Origin: an uncultured Gammaproteobacteria bacterium
Lineage (GTDB): Bacteria; Cyanobacteriota; Vampirovibrionia; 2-02-FULL-35-15
Reading direction: 5' to 3'
Length of the DNA stretch: 64,000 bases
NCBI GenBank assembly: GCA_964602915.1
Contig: CAZRTB010000002.1
Coordinates: 86,301-150,300, forward strand
Positions 1-8,180 of this stretch are shown in pieces. Under the pieces are notes generated by a model. It was given only the letters and a program-made list of their open reading frames with translations, made no database searches and was not told the DNA's origin. Each line of letters opens with the position of its first letter. The stretch's first letter is position 1. The position numbers and the translations under genes are program-made.

Positions 1-320
1 GAAACTACGTCGATAATGTCATATCCTTGATATAAATGTTTGCGACCGGAAAAAACTAACACATCTTTTTTATTAATTCTAAAAAGTTTTAATTTGCTTT
101 CATGACCAGAGATTGTGGATTGTGGATTGTTATTAAAAGACAGTTTCTTTGACTTATTATAAATATGTAACTCACTATATTTAATTTCAAATAAAGGTTT
201 GTGATTATTAAAAACTTTTACTCCAGAGCCAGTTATAATTGCAAAACGGGGTGAAAAATTAAATTTGTCAAATATTTTTAAAAGAGTATGTTTGGTTCGT
301 TTTAAATTTAAGCTAGTCAT
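1..320 (-). CDS. Purine nucleoside phosphorylase, PNP family (N-terminal part only; C-terminus lies beyond the left edge of the window)
   Basis: Minus-strand frame from ATG at complement 318-320 reads MTSLNLKRTKHTLLKIFDIKFNFSPRFAIITGSG...STISGHESKLKLF...VLVFSGRKHLYQGY. This matches the PNP N-terminal phosphate-binding region (human PNP AIICGSGL...STVPGHAGRLVF...MMQGRFHMYEGY). The ORF continues with no stop to position 1. It is not in the supplied ORF track, presumably because it is edge-truncated. Confidence 0.45.
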   Translation of the reverse strand, partial: MTSLNLKRTKHTLLKIFDKFNFSPRFAIITGSGVKVFNNHKPLFEIKYSELHIYNKSKKLSFNNNPQSTISGHESKLKLFRINKKDVLVFSGRKHLYQGYDIIDVV

Positions 321-2652
321 TTTATTTCTTCTTTTATCAATATTTAATTCTACTCCTTCTTTTGCAAACAAGTCAGAAAAAATCGGAGTGCTTTATAGTT
401 ACAAAAATGTTGAGACTTATACTGCTAATGACATTGTTAATTTTCAGCAAGAGTGGAAGTTCTTTTTAGAAACATTTGAACAAACATATCTTGATTATCA
501 ATTTCTCTGTAATTTTTCAGAAGATACAAAAGTAAGTGATATTGGAGTAAATGTAATTTATTTTCCTTTGGCTGTTGATATTGATGATAATGAAAAAATA
601 TTTTTAAAAAAGTTTTTAGATTCTGGTGGAAAATTAATCATTTCAAGTGGGGTAGGTCCTATATCACCGGCTCTAAAACTATTTTTAAGTGAAAACAACA
701 TTCAATTTAAAACAAATGTTATTGCAAAAAATACTTTAAACTTGATTCATAAAATCCAAGAAGTTTCATTTAGCCTAAATCAAGGAAATTTTTATTCTGA
801 CTTTGATCTTTCTGGACTTGATAAAAAAGTTATTGCTCGTTGGAAAGAGAATGATAGAACAGCGATAGGTGGTACAGCTAATGTTATATATATAGGCTAT
901 AGTTGGGGGCAATCAGTAGATAAAGGCAAGGATATAAAAGTTTTTCAGAGGACTTTATTACACTTCTCTTCAGATTTACCTCCAAGACTTACAAAAGAAA
1001 TTTCTAAAAATGAGTATAAAAAAATAGTTAAAGATATTAGTGCACTTAAAGATCAGGCAGAATCAGTTATGCAGGTCTCTGAACAGCTTGAATTACCGGT
1101 CCCGAAGTCGTTGTTAAAAAAGCATTTTGCTGATGGAATAGATTTTCTCCATAATTATCATTCGAACTATTTGTTTGGAAATTTCTACTCTGCAAGAGAG
1201 TCTGCGAGTGATGCAAAAGAAGAATTTGCTTTAGTTTATTCGCTGGGGATTCCGGTTAGAAAGGTAGAAGTTCGTGCTATATGGCTTGATCGTGGAAGTA
1301 TTGTTGCATGTAGAAATGAGAGTGATATTAAAAAGCTTATTAGAAATCTTGCAAAAACAGGTTTTAATGTAATATTTCTTGAAACATTGAATGCTGGATT
1401 TCCTATTTATCCATCTATGTTACTTCCTCAGAATCCACTTATCAATGGTTGGGATCCATTAAAAGCGGCTATTGAAGAAGCGCATGAGAATGGTATTGAA
1501 CTCCATGCATGGGTTTGGGTATTTGCTGTCGGGAATACAAGGCATAATTTATTAATAGGAAAACCACTTCAGTATCCAGGTCCTATTATTGAAGCTAAAG
1601 GTAGGATTCTTTCTCTTACTGATATAGATTCAAAATTAAGAATAGAATCTCAGCCAGAAAATTGGATTAGTCCGGCAAATAAAAAAGCTACTCAGTTTTT
1701 ATTGGATGTTTATAGTGAAATAGTTAGAAATTATGATGTTGATGGAATTCAGTATGATTATATTAGATTTCCATTTCAAAAAAGAGAAACTCAGGTAGGC
1801 TTTGATTTCGCTACCAAAAATGAATTTCTTAAGGATACTGGAAAACTCCCTACGATAGATGGTCCTGTAAATAAAATGTGGAAAGAATGGAAAGCAAAGA
1901 AAGTTAGTGAATTTGTAAAAGATACTAGCTCTAAATTGAAACAAATAAAACCAAATCTAAAGATTTCTGTTGCAGTATTTGGTATTGATAGAAATCTGCG
2001 CTTAAGTCAAATACAGCAAGACTGGGAAACATGGTTAGTAAATAAGTGGGTAGACGTAGCTTATCCTTTTTATTATTCCTATACCAAAGATGAGATTGAG
2101 ATAAAACTAAAAAATGTTAGACAGAGTTTAAATGACAGAGCAATTATTATTCCTGGTTTTAATTTGAGAACTTTAAGTCTTGGAGAATTAACAGAAAGAA
2201 TAGCGGCGGCAAGAAATGGTGGAGCTTTGGGAATCTGCCTTTTTGCTAATGAGCATCTTGAGGCTACAAAGAGAAGTCTTTTGAAGAAAGGTCCTTTTAG
2301 AGAACAAACAGTTTTTATTCCTTATAACAAACCATATATTGCTTGTGAAAAACTTTTAGATGATTTTACTGGTTTAATTGAGAAATTTATTTTATCAGAA
2401 CCTCATACAATTCTTTCTGATAGTCAGATACAAAAGGAAGTTTATTATTTAACTCAGGATCTCAAGAATGAGTTTAAAAACTATACTCCAGAAAAAGCTG
2501 GTGATATTGAAAAGAAATTAATTTTACTTCAGTTAAAAGTCAAGGATTGGCTTAGTCTTGAAAAGTATGTTAAAAGATCTGAAAGATCAAAATACATTAG
2601 TACTTACCTTGATCAAGTGAAAACCTTATTAAACTACATGCGAGCAGACTAA
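265..2652 (+). CDS. Glycoside hydrolase-like family 10 (GHL10/DUF187, YngK-like) secreted protein or lipoprotein
   Basis: 795-aa ORF with an N-terminal signal-like segment (KRVCLVRFKFKLVILFLLLSIFNSTPSFA). The central TIM-barrel-like region carries GFNVIFLETLNAGFPIYPS, GIELHAWVWVF and DGIQYDYIRFP, which is typical of the GHL10 family. The annotated start is TTG at 265, and there is no in-frame ATG near the 5' end. Confidence 0.5.
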   Translation: MSNIFKRVCLVRFKFKLVILFLLLSIFNSTPSFANKSEKIGVLYSYKNVETYTANDIVNFQQEWKFFLETFEQTYLDYQFLCNFSEDTKVSDIGVNVIYFPLAVDIDDNEKIFLKKFLDSGGKLIISSGVGPISPALKLFLSENNIQFKTNVIAKNTLNLIHKIQEVSFSLNQGNFYSDFDLSGLDKKVIARWKENDRTAIGGTANVIYIGYSWGQSVDKGKDIKVFQRTLLHFSSDLPPRLTKEISKNEYKKIVKDISALKDQAESVMQVSEQLELPVPKSLLKKHFADGIDFLHNYHSNYLFGNFYSARESASDAKEEFALVYSLGIPVRKVEVRAIWLDRGSIVACRNESDIKKLIRNLAKTGFNVIFLETLNAGFPIYPSMLLPQNPLINGWDPLKAAIEEAHENGIELHAWVWVFAVGNTRHNLLIGKPLQYPGPIIEAKGRILSLTDIDSKLRIESQPENWISPANKKATQFLLDVYSEIVRNYDVDGIQYDYIRFPFQKRETQVGFDFATKNEFLKDTGKLPTIDGPVNKMWKEWKAKKVSEFVKDTSSKLKQIKPNLKISVAVFGIDRNLRLSQIQQDWETWLVNKWVDVAYPFYYSYTKDEIEIKLKNVRQSLNDRAIIIPGFNLRTLSLGELTERIAAARNGGALGICLFANEHLEATKRSLLKKGPFREQTVFIPYNKPYIACEKLLDDFTGLIEKFILSEPHTILSDSQIQKEVYYLTQDLKNEFKNYTPEKAGDIEKKLILLQLKVKDWLSLEKYVKRSERSKYISTYLDQVKTLLNYMRAD

Positions 2653-2957
2653 TTTTTCCATAAGAATTCTTTTAAATCAATTTTCCCAAGCTTGTCAAAT
2701 CTCACACCTTCAGTTTCAAGTAATCTTTTTTGTAAGTCTAATGGAATATTGTGAAGTTTATTTGTACTGATTGTACCTTTAGAATTTATTACACGTTGCC
2801 AAGGAATTTTTTCTGAAGATACTTTTGTTAATCTGTTTAATGCCCAGCCAACAACTCTGGGGTTTAGTCCGAGTATTTGTCCGATCTGACCATAAGTAGA
2901 TACTTTTCCTTTAGGGATCTTTTTTACTATTTTATAAACTCTGTCGTAAGTTTTCAT
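2649..2957 (-). CDS. Alkyltransferase-like protein (ATL); MGMT/Ogt DNA-binding domain with Trp in place of the active-site Cys
   Basis: MKTYDRVYKIVKKIPKGKVSTYGQIGQILGLNPRVVGWALNRL...IPWQRVINSKG. The helix-turn-helix and the PWQRV motif correspond to PCHRV of O6-alkylguanine-DNA alkyltransferases, but Cys is replaced by Trp as in Atl1 and YbaZ. The start is set at the internal ATG (complement 2955-2957) rather than the 3008 ORF start, which would overlap pyrE. Confidence 0.6.
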   Translation of the reverse strand: MKTYDRVYKIVKKIPKGKVSTYGQIGQILGLNPRVVGWALNRLTKVSSEKIPWQRVINSKGTISTNKLHNIPLDLQKRLLETEGVRFDKLGKIDLKEFLWKN

Positions 2958-3002
2958 TTTCTTTCTCAGAAATATAATACTCTTATAGATTATAATAAAA
3001 AT

Positions 3003-3608
3003 ATGCAACCAACAAACCTACTTATAAACACATTGATCAATACAAATGAAGATTTTTTATTAAACAGACTATTAACTATTCTTGCTAAACAAAGTTATAT
3101 AGAAGGAAAAATTACTTTAGCAAGTGGAAAAGAAAGCAATTACTATGTTGATTGTAAACAGACTACACTTCATCATGAAGGGAATACATTGATTTCATAT
3201 ATATTTTCTAAAATGTTAAAACCAAGCACTCAAGCTGTAGGCGGGTTAACTATGGGTGCAGATCCTTTAGCTACTGGTGTTTCACAAATGGCATATTTAC
3301 TTCAAGGAAAAAACATCGATGCTTTTTATGTTAGAAAAGAACCCAAAAAACATGGAAGAAGTTTGTGGATTGAAGGACCGATTGTCCCTGGTAGTAAAGT
3401 AACTATTTTAGAAGATGTAGTTACTACAGGTGGATCATCTATAAAAGCAATAGAAAAAGTGGAAGAGTTTGGTTGTAAAGTAGAACAAGTCTTATCAATA
3501 GTAGATAGAAATGAAGGTGGCAGAGAGCTTTATAAAGATAAAGGGTTTGACTATGACTATATCTTTGATATTGAAGAGATTATAGAGAAAGCAAAGAGTT
3601 TAAGTTAA
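3003..3608 (+). CDS. pyrE: Orotate phosphoribosyltransferase
   Basis: It shows the PRPP-binding motif VTILEDVVTTGGS, the KEPKKHG loop and the SGKESNYYVDCK N-terminal region of OPRTases. The start is chosen at MQPTNLL (3003) so that it does not overlap the divergent ATL gene, and the length of about 201 aa is typical. Confidence 0.85.
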   Translation: MQPTNLLINTLINTNEDFLLNRLLTILAKQSYIEGKITLASGKESNYYVDCKQTTLHHEGNTLISYIFSKMLKPSTQAVGGLTMGADPLATGVSQMAYLLQGKNIDAFYVRKEPKKHGRSLWIEGPIVPGSKVTILEDVVTTGGSSIKAIEKVEEFGCKVEQVLSIVDRNEGGRELYKDKGFDYDYIFDIEEIIEKAKSLS

Positions 3609-3620
3609 TACTGTTTAGTC

Positions 3621-3700
3621 TTTGTCATTCCCGTGAAAACGGGAATCCAGTTCTTGTAACAAAATTACTGGATTCCCAATCAAGTTGGGAATGACATTTG
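3621..3700. other. Compound palindromic element (three ATTCCC/GGGAAT hairpins nested in a 10-bp outer inverted repeat) in the pyrE-thrS intergenic region
   Basis: The outer inverted repeat is tgtcattccc (3623-3632) with gggaatgaca (3687-3696). Hairpin A is attcccg-tgaaaa-cgggaat (3627-3646). An inverted repeat ggaatccag (3642-3650) pairs with ctggattcc (3668-3676). Hairpin B is attcccaa-tcaag-ttgggaat (3672-3692). I read all of these directly from the sequence. Confidence 0.5.
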
Positions 3701-3731
3701 CCATATATTTATTGCTATAATTTCTCCTATC

Positions 3732-5678
3732 ATGCAAACACAAACAACTATACAAATAACTTTAAAAGATGGCTCAAAAAAAGAAATTGCTTCTGGGTCT
3801 ACTGGTATTGATTTAGCAAAAGCGATAAGCAACAGTTTGGCGAAAAAAAGCATAGGTCTTTTATTAAATAATGAATTGAGTGATATTACTACTGAGCTAA
3901 AAAATGGTGATAATGTTGAAATTGTTACTGTTGATGATCCAAGAAGTCTTGAATTCCTAAGGCATAGTTCAGCACATATTTTGGCATGTGCAGTTCAGAA
4001 CATTTTTAAAAATGCAAAGATTGCAAATGGTCCTGCTATAGAAAGTGGTTTTTACTATGACTTTGAAATCCCTGATCATCAGCTGACTCCTGAAGATCTT
4101 TCTAAAATTGAAAAAGAAATGCAGAAAATTATAGATGAAGACTTAAAATTTTTAAAAGTAAATGTAGAAAATCCAGATAAACAAATTAGTGAGTTTAAAT
4201 CAGCAGGTGAAAAGTTTAAAGCTGAAAATTTAGAAGAACATAAATCTCATAACCCTACTTTATATACGCTACAGAAAGAAGGAAAAACAGTTTGGAACGA
4301 TTTCTGTAAAGGTCCTCATATTACTAGCTCTAAACAGATAAAAGCTTTTAAACTTACTTCTATTTCAGGTGCTTACTGGCATGGAGATGAAAACAGAGAA
4401 AAGCTTCAAAGAATTTATGGAACTTCTTGGTGGAGTAAAGAAGATTTAGAAGCATATTTAAAAAGACTTGAAGAAGCTGAAAAGAGAGATCATAGAAAGT
4501 TAGGACGCCAGCTTGATTTATTTTCTATTCAGGAAGAAACTGGTCCTGGACTTATTTTGTGGCATCCGAAGCTTGCTTATCTTAGAACACAGATAGAAAA
4601 TTTCTGGAGAGAAGTTCATGAAAAGGCAGGATATGAGTTAGTTTTCACTCCTCATATAGCGAGAAATGAGCTTTGGGATATTTCAGGACATAATGAGTTC
4701 TATAAAGAAAATATGTTCAGTATGGAAATTGATGAGCAAAAGTATGTTTTAAAACCCATGAATTGCCCATTTCACGTGAAGATATATGATTCTTGTAGAC
4801 ATAGTTACAGAGAGCTTCCTATAAGAATGGGTGAGCTCGGTACTGTTTATAGATATGAAAGATCTGGAGTTATGCATGGTTTAGCCAGGGTAAGAGGATT
4901 TACTCAGGATGATGCTCATATCTTTTGTAGAAAAGATCAGTTTGTAGATGAAATAAAGGGTGTTATTAAACTAATTGATGAAATTTATTCTAAGTTTGGA
5001 CTTTCATATTCAGCAGAGCTTTCTACAAAGCCAGCAGATGCTATAGGTACTCCAGAAATATGGGATTTCGCTGAAGCAGGTTTAAAAAAAGCTCTTGAAG
5101 AGTATGGACTTGCTTATCAGTTAAATCCTGGTGATGGTGCATTCTATGGACCGAAAATAGATTTTAAATTAAAAGATGCTATCGGCAGAGTATGGCAAGG
5201 TGCTACTGTTCAGCTTGATTTTAATTTACCAAAAAGATTTGATATTAAATACACTGATAAAGATGGTACACAGCAGCAGCCGGTAATGGTACATAGAGCA
5301 ATTTTTGGAAGTCTTGAAAGAATTGGTGCTGTTCTTATTGAGCATTTTGCTGGAGCATTTCCACTATGGCTTTCATATAAGCAGGCTATTGTTTTGCCTA
5401 TAGCAGACAGACATTTAGAGTATGCACAGAAAGTAAATGAAGTACTTAAGTTAAAAGGAATTAGATCAGAGGTAGACGACAGAGCAGAATCAGTTAACTC
5501 TAAGATTCGTGATGCACAGATAGAAAAGATTCCTTATATGTTAATTGTTGGTGATAAAGAAATCTCTGAAAATAAAGTTTCTGTTCGCCATAGAAAAAAA
5601 GCTGATCTTGGAAGTATGGATTTAGAAATAATTGGAAATAAAATTTCAGAAGAAATTAAAACTAAAGCTATTGAATAA
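3732..5678 (+). CDS. thrS: Threonine--tRNA ligase
   Basis: 648 aa with an N-terminal TGS domain, an editing domain and class II aaRS motifs (HRKLGRQLDLF, FTPHIA, GTVYRYERSG, HRAIFGSLERIGAVLIEHFAG) plus a C-terminal anticodon-binding domain. Confidence 0.95.
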   Translation: MQTQTTIQITLKDGSKKEIASGSTGIDLAKAISNSLAKKSIGLLLNNELSDITTELKNGDNVEIVTVDDPRSLEFLRHSSAHILACAVQNIFKNAKIANGPAIESGFYYDFEIPDHQLTPEDLSKIEKEMQKIIDEDLKFLKVNVENPDKQISEFKSAGEKFKAENLEEHKSHNPTLYTLQKEGKTVWNDFCKGPHITSSKQIKAFKLTSISGAYWHGDENREKLQRIYGTSWWSKEDLEAYLKRLEEAEKRDHRKLGRQLDLFSIQEETGPGLILWHPKLAYLRTQIENFWREVHEKAGYELVFTPHIARNELWDISGHNEFYKENMFSMEIDEQKYVLKPMNCPFHVKIYDSCRHSYRELPIRMGELGTVYRYERSGVMHGLARVRGFTQDDAHIFCRKDQFVDEIKGVIKLIDEIYSKFGLSYSAELSTKPADAIGTPEIWDFAEAGLKKALEEYGLAYQLNPGDGAFYGPKIDFKLKDAIGRVWQGATVQLDFNLPKRFDIKYTDKDGTQQQPVMVHRAIFGSLERIGAVLIEHFAGAFPLWLSYKQAIVLPIADRHLEYAQKVNEVLKLKGIRSEVDDRAESVNSKIRDAQIEKIPYMLIVGDKEISENKVSVRHRKKADLGSMDLEIIGNKISEEIKTKAIE

Positions 5679-5884
5679 AATAATCGTGTAAATCATACGT
5701 AAATTTTTTGTAAAAATCTCTTATTCTAGGTTAAAAAAAGAGAACTATAAATTAGGAGTATTCTTCTTTTATTGAGGATTTTGTATAAATTTTCATGTCA
5801 AAAATAAAATAATCTTTAATAAAACAAATCTTTTTTATAAAGGTAGTGTAAAAATAACAAGGTTCAGAAATAAGGGAGATTAAT

Positions 5885-6376
5885 ATGAATAAGACTCAAA
5901 AACTAATTGATAAGCTTCATTTATGTCTTATTATTGCATTTTTATTTTGTTCAGTTAATATCTTAAATATTTTAGCCAGGGTTACTGATGAAGATTTAGA
6001 GATGGTAGAAAAAATAGAAGATTCTAATAAACCATTGCTTCGTGGTGAGATCTGGTATGGAACTGCATCCTGGTATGGAAAACATTTTAATGGTAGAAGA
6101 ACAGCTAGTGGAGAAAAGTTAAATCCTAGAAAATTAACTGCCGCACATAGGTCCCTTCCTTTTAATACAAAGCTTAGAATTACAAACTTAAAAAACAATA
6201 AATCAGTAGTAGTAAGAATTACCGATAGAGGTCCTTTCCATGGAAATAGGATAGTTGATCTTTCTGAAAAAGCCGCTGAAAAATTAGACAGTAAAAGCGA
6301 AGGAATCGCTTATGTTAAGATTCAAGTTCTTAATCCTTTAATAGATTTTGGTAAAAATGAAGCAGAAACTAATTAG
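5885..6376 (+). CDS. rlpA: RlpA-like (rare lipoprotein A / septal ring lytic transglycosylase family) double-psi beta-barrel protein
   Basis: N-terminal hydrophobic signal followed by WYGTASWYGKHFNGRRTASGEKLNPRKLTAAHRSLPFNTKLRITNLKNNKSVVVRITDRGPF, which is the canonical RlpA DPBB signature. An SD (aagggag) precedes the ATG. Confidence 0.7.
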   Translation: MNKTQKLIDKLHLCLIIAFLFCSVNILNILARVTDEDLEMVEKIEDSNKPLLRGEIWYGTASWYGKHFNGRRTASGEKLNPRKLTAAHRSLPFNTKLRITNLKNNKSVVVRITDRGPFHGNRIVDLSEKAAEKLDSKSEGIAYVKIQVLNPLIDFGKNEAETN

Positions 6377-6723
6377 TGTTATCCCTAACTATTAACTTGA
6401 TTAATATTCAACAATTAGCTCTCAATTTTAGGAAATTTAACCTATTTAAAATGTTAATCTTTATTTAAGAATACTGACTTGAAATCCACGTCAGTATTAA
6501 TGTAATATTAAGTTAGGAGCTTAACCTATTCTTAATCAAAGCTGAATAAGCAAACCTCAAAAAAGTTTAAAGAATACGATTGGGCCTTTTAGAATAGATC
6601 AACAAACAAAGAGAGACTTATTAAGTTTTCTTTTTGCATGCGAAGTTTTTAAAATTGCAATGGGGCAATTCTTTTTATTTTATTGGTTTGGATTAGAAAG
6701 ATAGAGATAGGAGTTAATAAAGT

Positions 6724-7722
6724 ATGGATGTAAGTCAAGGTTCAATTGCTAACCTCATGGTTGATGCTGGTCTCCCAGAAGCAGAAGAACTAGATCAAAT
6801 AGAATCAGAATTTAGTGATGTCTTAGATGACATAGATGTAGAAGAAGCAGAAGATGATTTGTTTGATCCTAAATTTGAGTTAGGAACCGATGATTCAATT
6901 AGGCTATATCTTAGAGAAATTGGTAGGATTCATCTCTTAAGTGCTGATGAAGAAATTGATTTAGCAAGAAGGATTGCTAGTGGTGGATACGATGGTATTG
7001 TTGCAAAAAGACAATTAGTCCAAGCAAACTTAAGACTTGTAGTATCTATTGCTAAAAAATATTTAAACAGAGGGCTTCCTTTCCTTGATTTAATTCAAGA
7101 AGGAAATCTTGGTCTTATTCGTGCGGCAGAAAAGTTTGATCCTGAGCGTGGTTATAAATTCTCTACTTATGCTACCTGGTGGATTAGACAAGGTATAACA
7201 AGAGCTCTTGCTGATAAGTCCAGAACCATTCGTGTTCCAGTACACATGGTTGAAACTATTAATAAGTTTAAAAAAGTTACCAGAGAACTTTCACAAGCTT
7301 TAAATAGAAGACCTACTGAACATGAGCTTGCGGCGGCTATGGATATTTCTGTTCAAAAAGTAAAAGAGATTGTTGCGGCAAATAGAACACCAGTTTCACT
7401 TGAAACCCCATTAGGGAAAGAAGAAGATAGCAGACTTGGTGATTTTATTGCTGACGCAGAATCAGCTCAGCCTGATAGTTCAGCAACTGATGAGTTGTTG
7501 AGAAATGATATTGAGCAAGTTTTAAACTCGCTTCTTCCAAGAGAAAGAGAAGTAGTTCGCTTACGTTATGGTTTAGATGATGGACGTGAGAGAACTCTTG
7601 AAGAAGTAGGTCAACTTTTTGGTATAACTAGAGAAAGAGTACGCCAAATCGAATTTAAAGCGATGAGGAAGCTTAGACAGCCTGATAGATGTACAAAACT
7701 TGAGGGTTATTTAGCTCATTAA
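6724..7722 (+). CDS. sigA: RNA polymerase sigma factor, sigma-70 family group 1 or 2 (cyanobacterial SigA-like)
   Basis: Region 1.2 [16 protein letters not shown], region 2 [40 protein letters not shown] and region 4 [20 protein letters not shown]. It aligns closely with cyanobacterial principal sigma factors. An SD (taggag) sits upstream. Confidence 0.9.
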   Translation: MDVSQGSIANLMVDAGLPEAEELDQIESEFSDVLDDIDVEEAEDDLFDPKFELGTDDSIRLYLREIGRIHLLSADEEIDLARRIASGGYDGIVAKRQLVQANLRLVVSIAKKYLNRGLPFLDLIQEGNLGLIRAAEKFDPERGYKFSTYATWWIRQGITRALADKSRTIRVPVHMVETINKFKKVTRELSQALNRRPTEHELAAAMDISVQKVKEIVAANRTPVSLETPLGKEEDSRLGDFIADAESAQPDSSATDELLRNDIEQVLNSLLPREREVVRLRYGLDDGRERTLEEVGQLFGITRERVRQIEFKAMRKLRQPDRCTKLEGYLAH

Positions 7723-7756
7723 TTCGTATTAGTTCAAAATCTAGAGATAGGTTAAG

Positions 7757-7785
7757 AAGCAAGGTTAGTAGCCTTGCTTTTTGAT
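7757..7785 (+). terminator. Rho-independent terminator downstream of the sigma factor gene
   Basis: Stem aagcaagg (7757-7764), loop ttagtag, stem ccttgctt (7772-7779), followed by tttttgattt. Confidence 0.55.
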
Positions 7786-7893
7786 TTATATAAGGAAATA
7801 AACTGGAACATGTATTGCATTAATCAAATCTTTACGGTAGTATTGTTTCATTATAAATAGATAGGGAATTGAGACTACAAGGGGGTATTTATC

Positions 7894-8094
7894 ATGAACT
7901 ATTCAATGCAAAAATTATATGATGATTTTATGAAGAAAATCGGTGATTCAGATTTAAGAACATTAGATACTATGCCAACTGATGTTGCTGTTAATTATGT
8001 ATTTTTCCTTTATAACAAATTTTATGAAGCTTATCCAACTGGTGAAATGTTTGAAGTTTTAAGTGACCGTTTTGGATGTAGGATGGCCGCATAG
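7894..8094 (+). CDS. Small hypothetical protein (66 aa)
   Basis: Strong SD (aagggggt) 8 nt upstream of the ATG. There is no recognisable motif, and it sits in an otherwise empty intergenic space. Confidence 0.3.
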   Translation: MNYSMQKLYDDFMKKIGDSDLRTLDTMPTDVAVNYVFFLYNKFYEAYPTGEMFEVLSDRFGCRMAA

Positions 8095-8180
8095 AAAATC
8101 TCGAGTAAATTAATTATCTTTAGAGAATTGTTAATTAATTCTATATTTTCACAAAGATTCTAGTTTTAGAGTTACCATAT

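Noticed and set aside
108-127. Short tandem gattgtg repeat (about 2.5 copies)
   Set aside because: It lies inside the partial PNP coding region (it encodes PQSTIS), is too short and has no periodic structure beyond two units.
1699-1944. Antisense ORFs inside confident genes: 1699-1944, 5917-6198, 9119-9340, 9207-9428, 10467-10766, 12993-13325, 18958-19146, 19726-19923, 23463-23753, 25934-26206, 36767-36991, 40011-40349, 43072-43974 (three ORFs), 44853-45035, 47014-47268, 48016-48237, 50316-50543 and 54446-54664.
   Set aside because: All lie fully within longer ORFs on the opposite strand that have clear family signatures. They are low-complexity or AT-codon artefacts with no SD. I treated them as spurious.
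2877-3002. N-terminal extension of the pyrE ORF (start at 2877)
   Set aside because: It would overlap the divergent ATL gene by about 80 nt and adds a non-conserved hydrophobic 42-aa leader. The OPRTase homology begins at the MQPTNLL start (3003).
5777-5806. ttgtat-N18-taaaat promoter-like match upstream of rlpA
   Set aside because: In sequence with roughly 70% AT, -35/-10-like hexamers are ubiquitous. I cannot distinguish it from background without transcript mapping.
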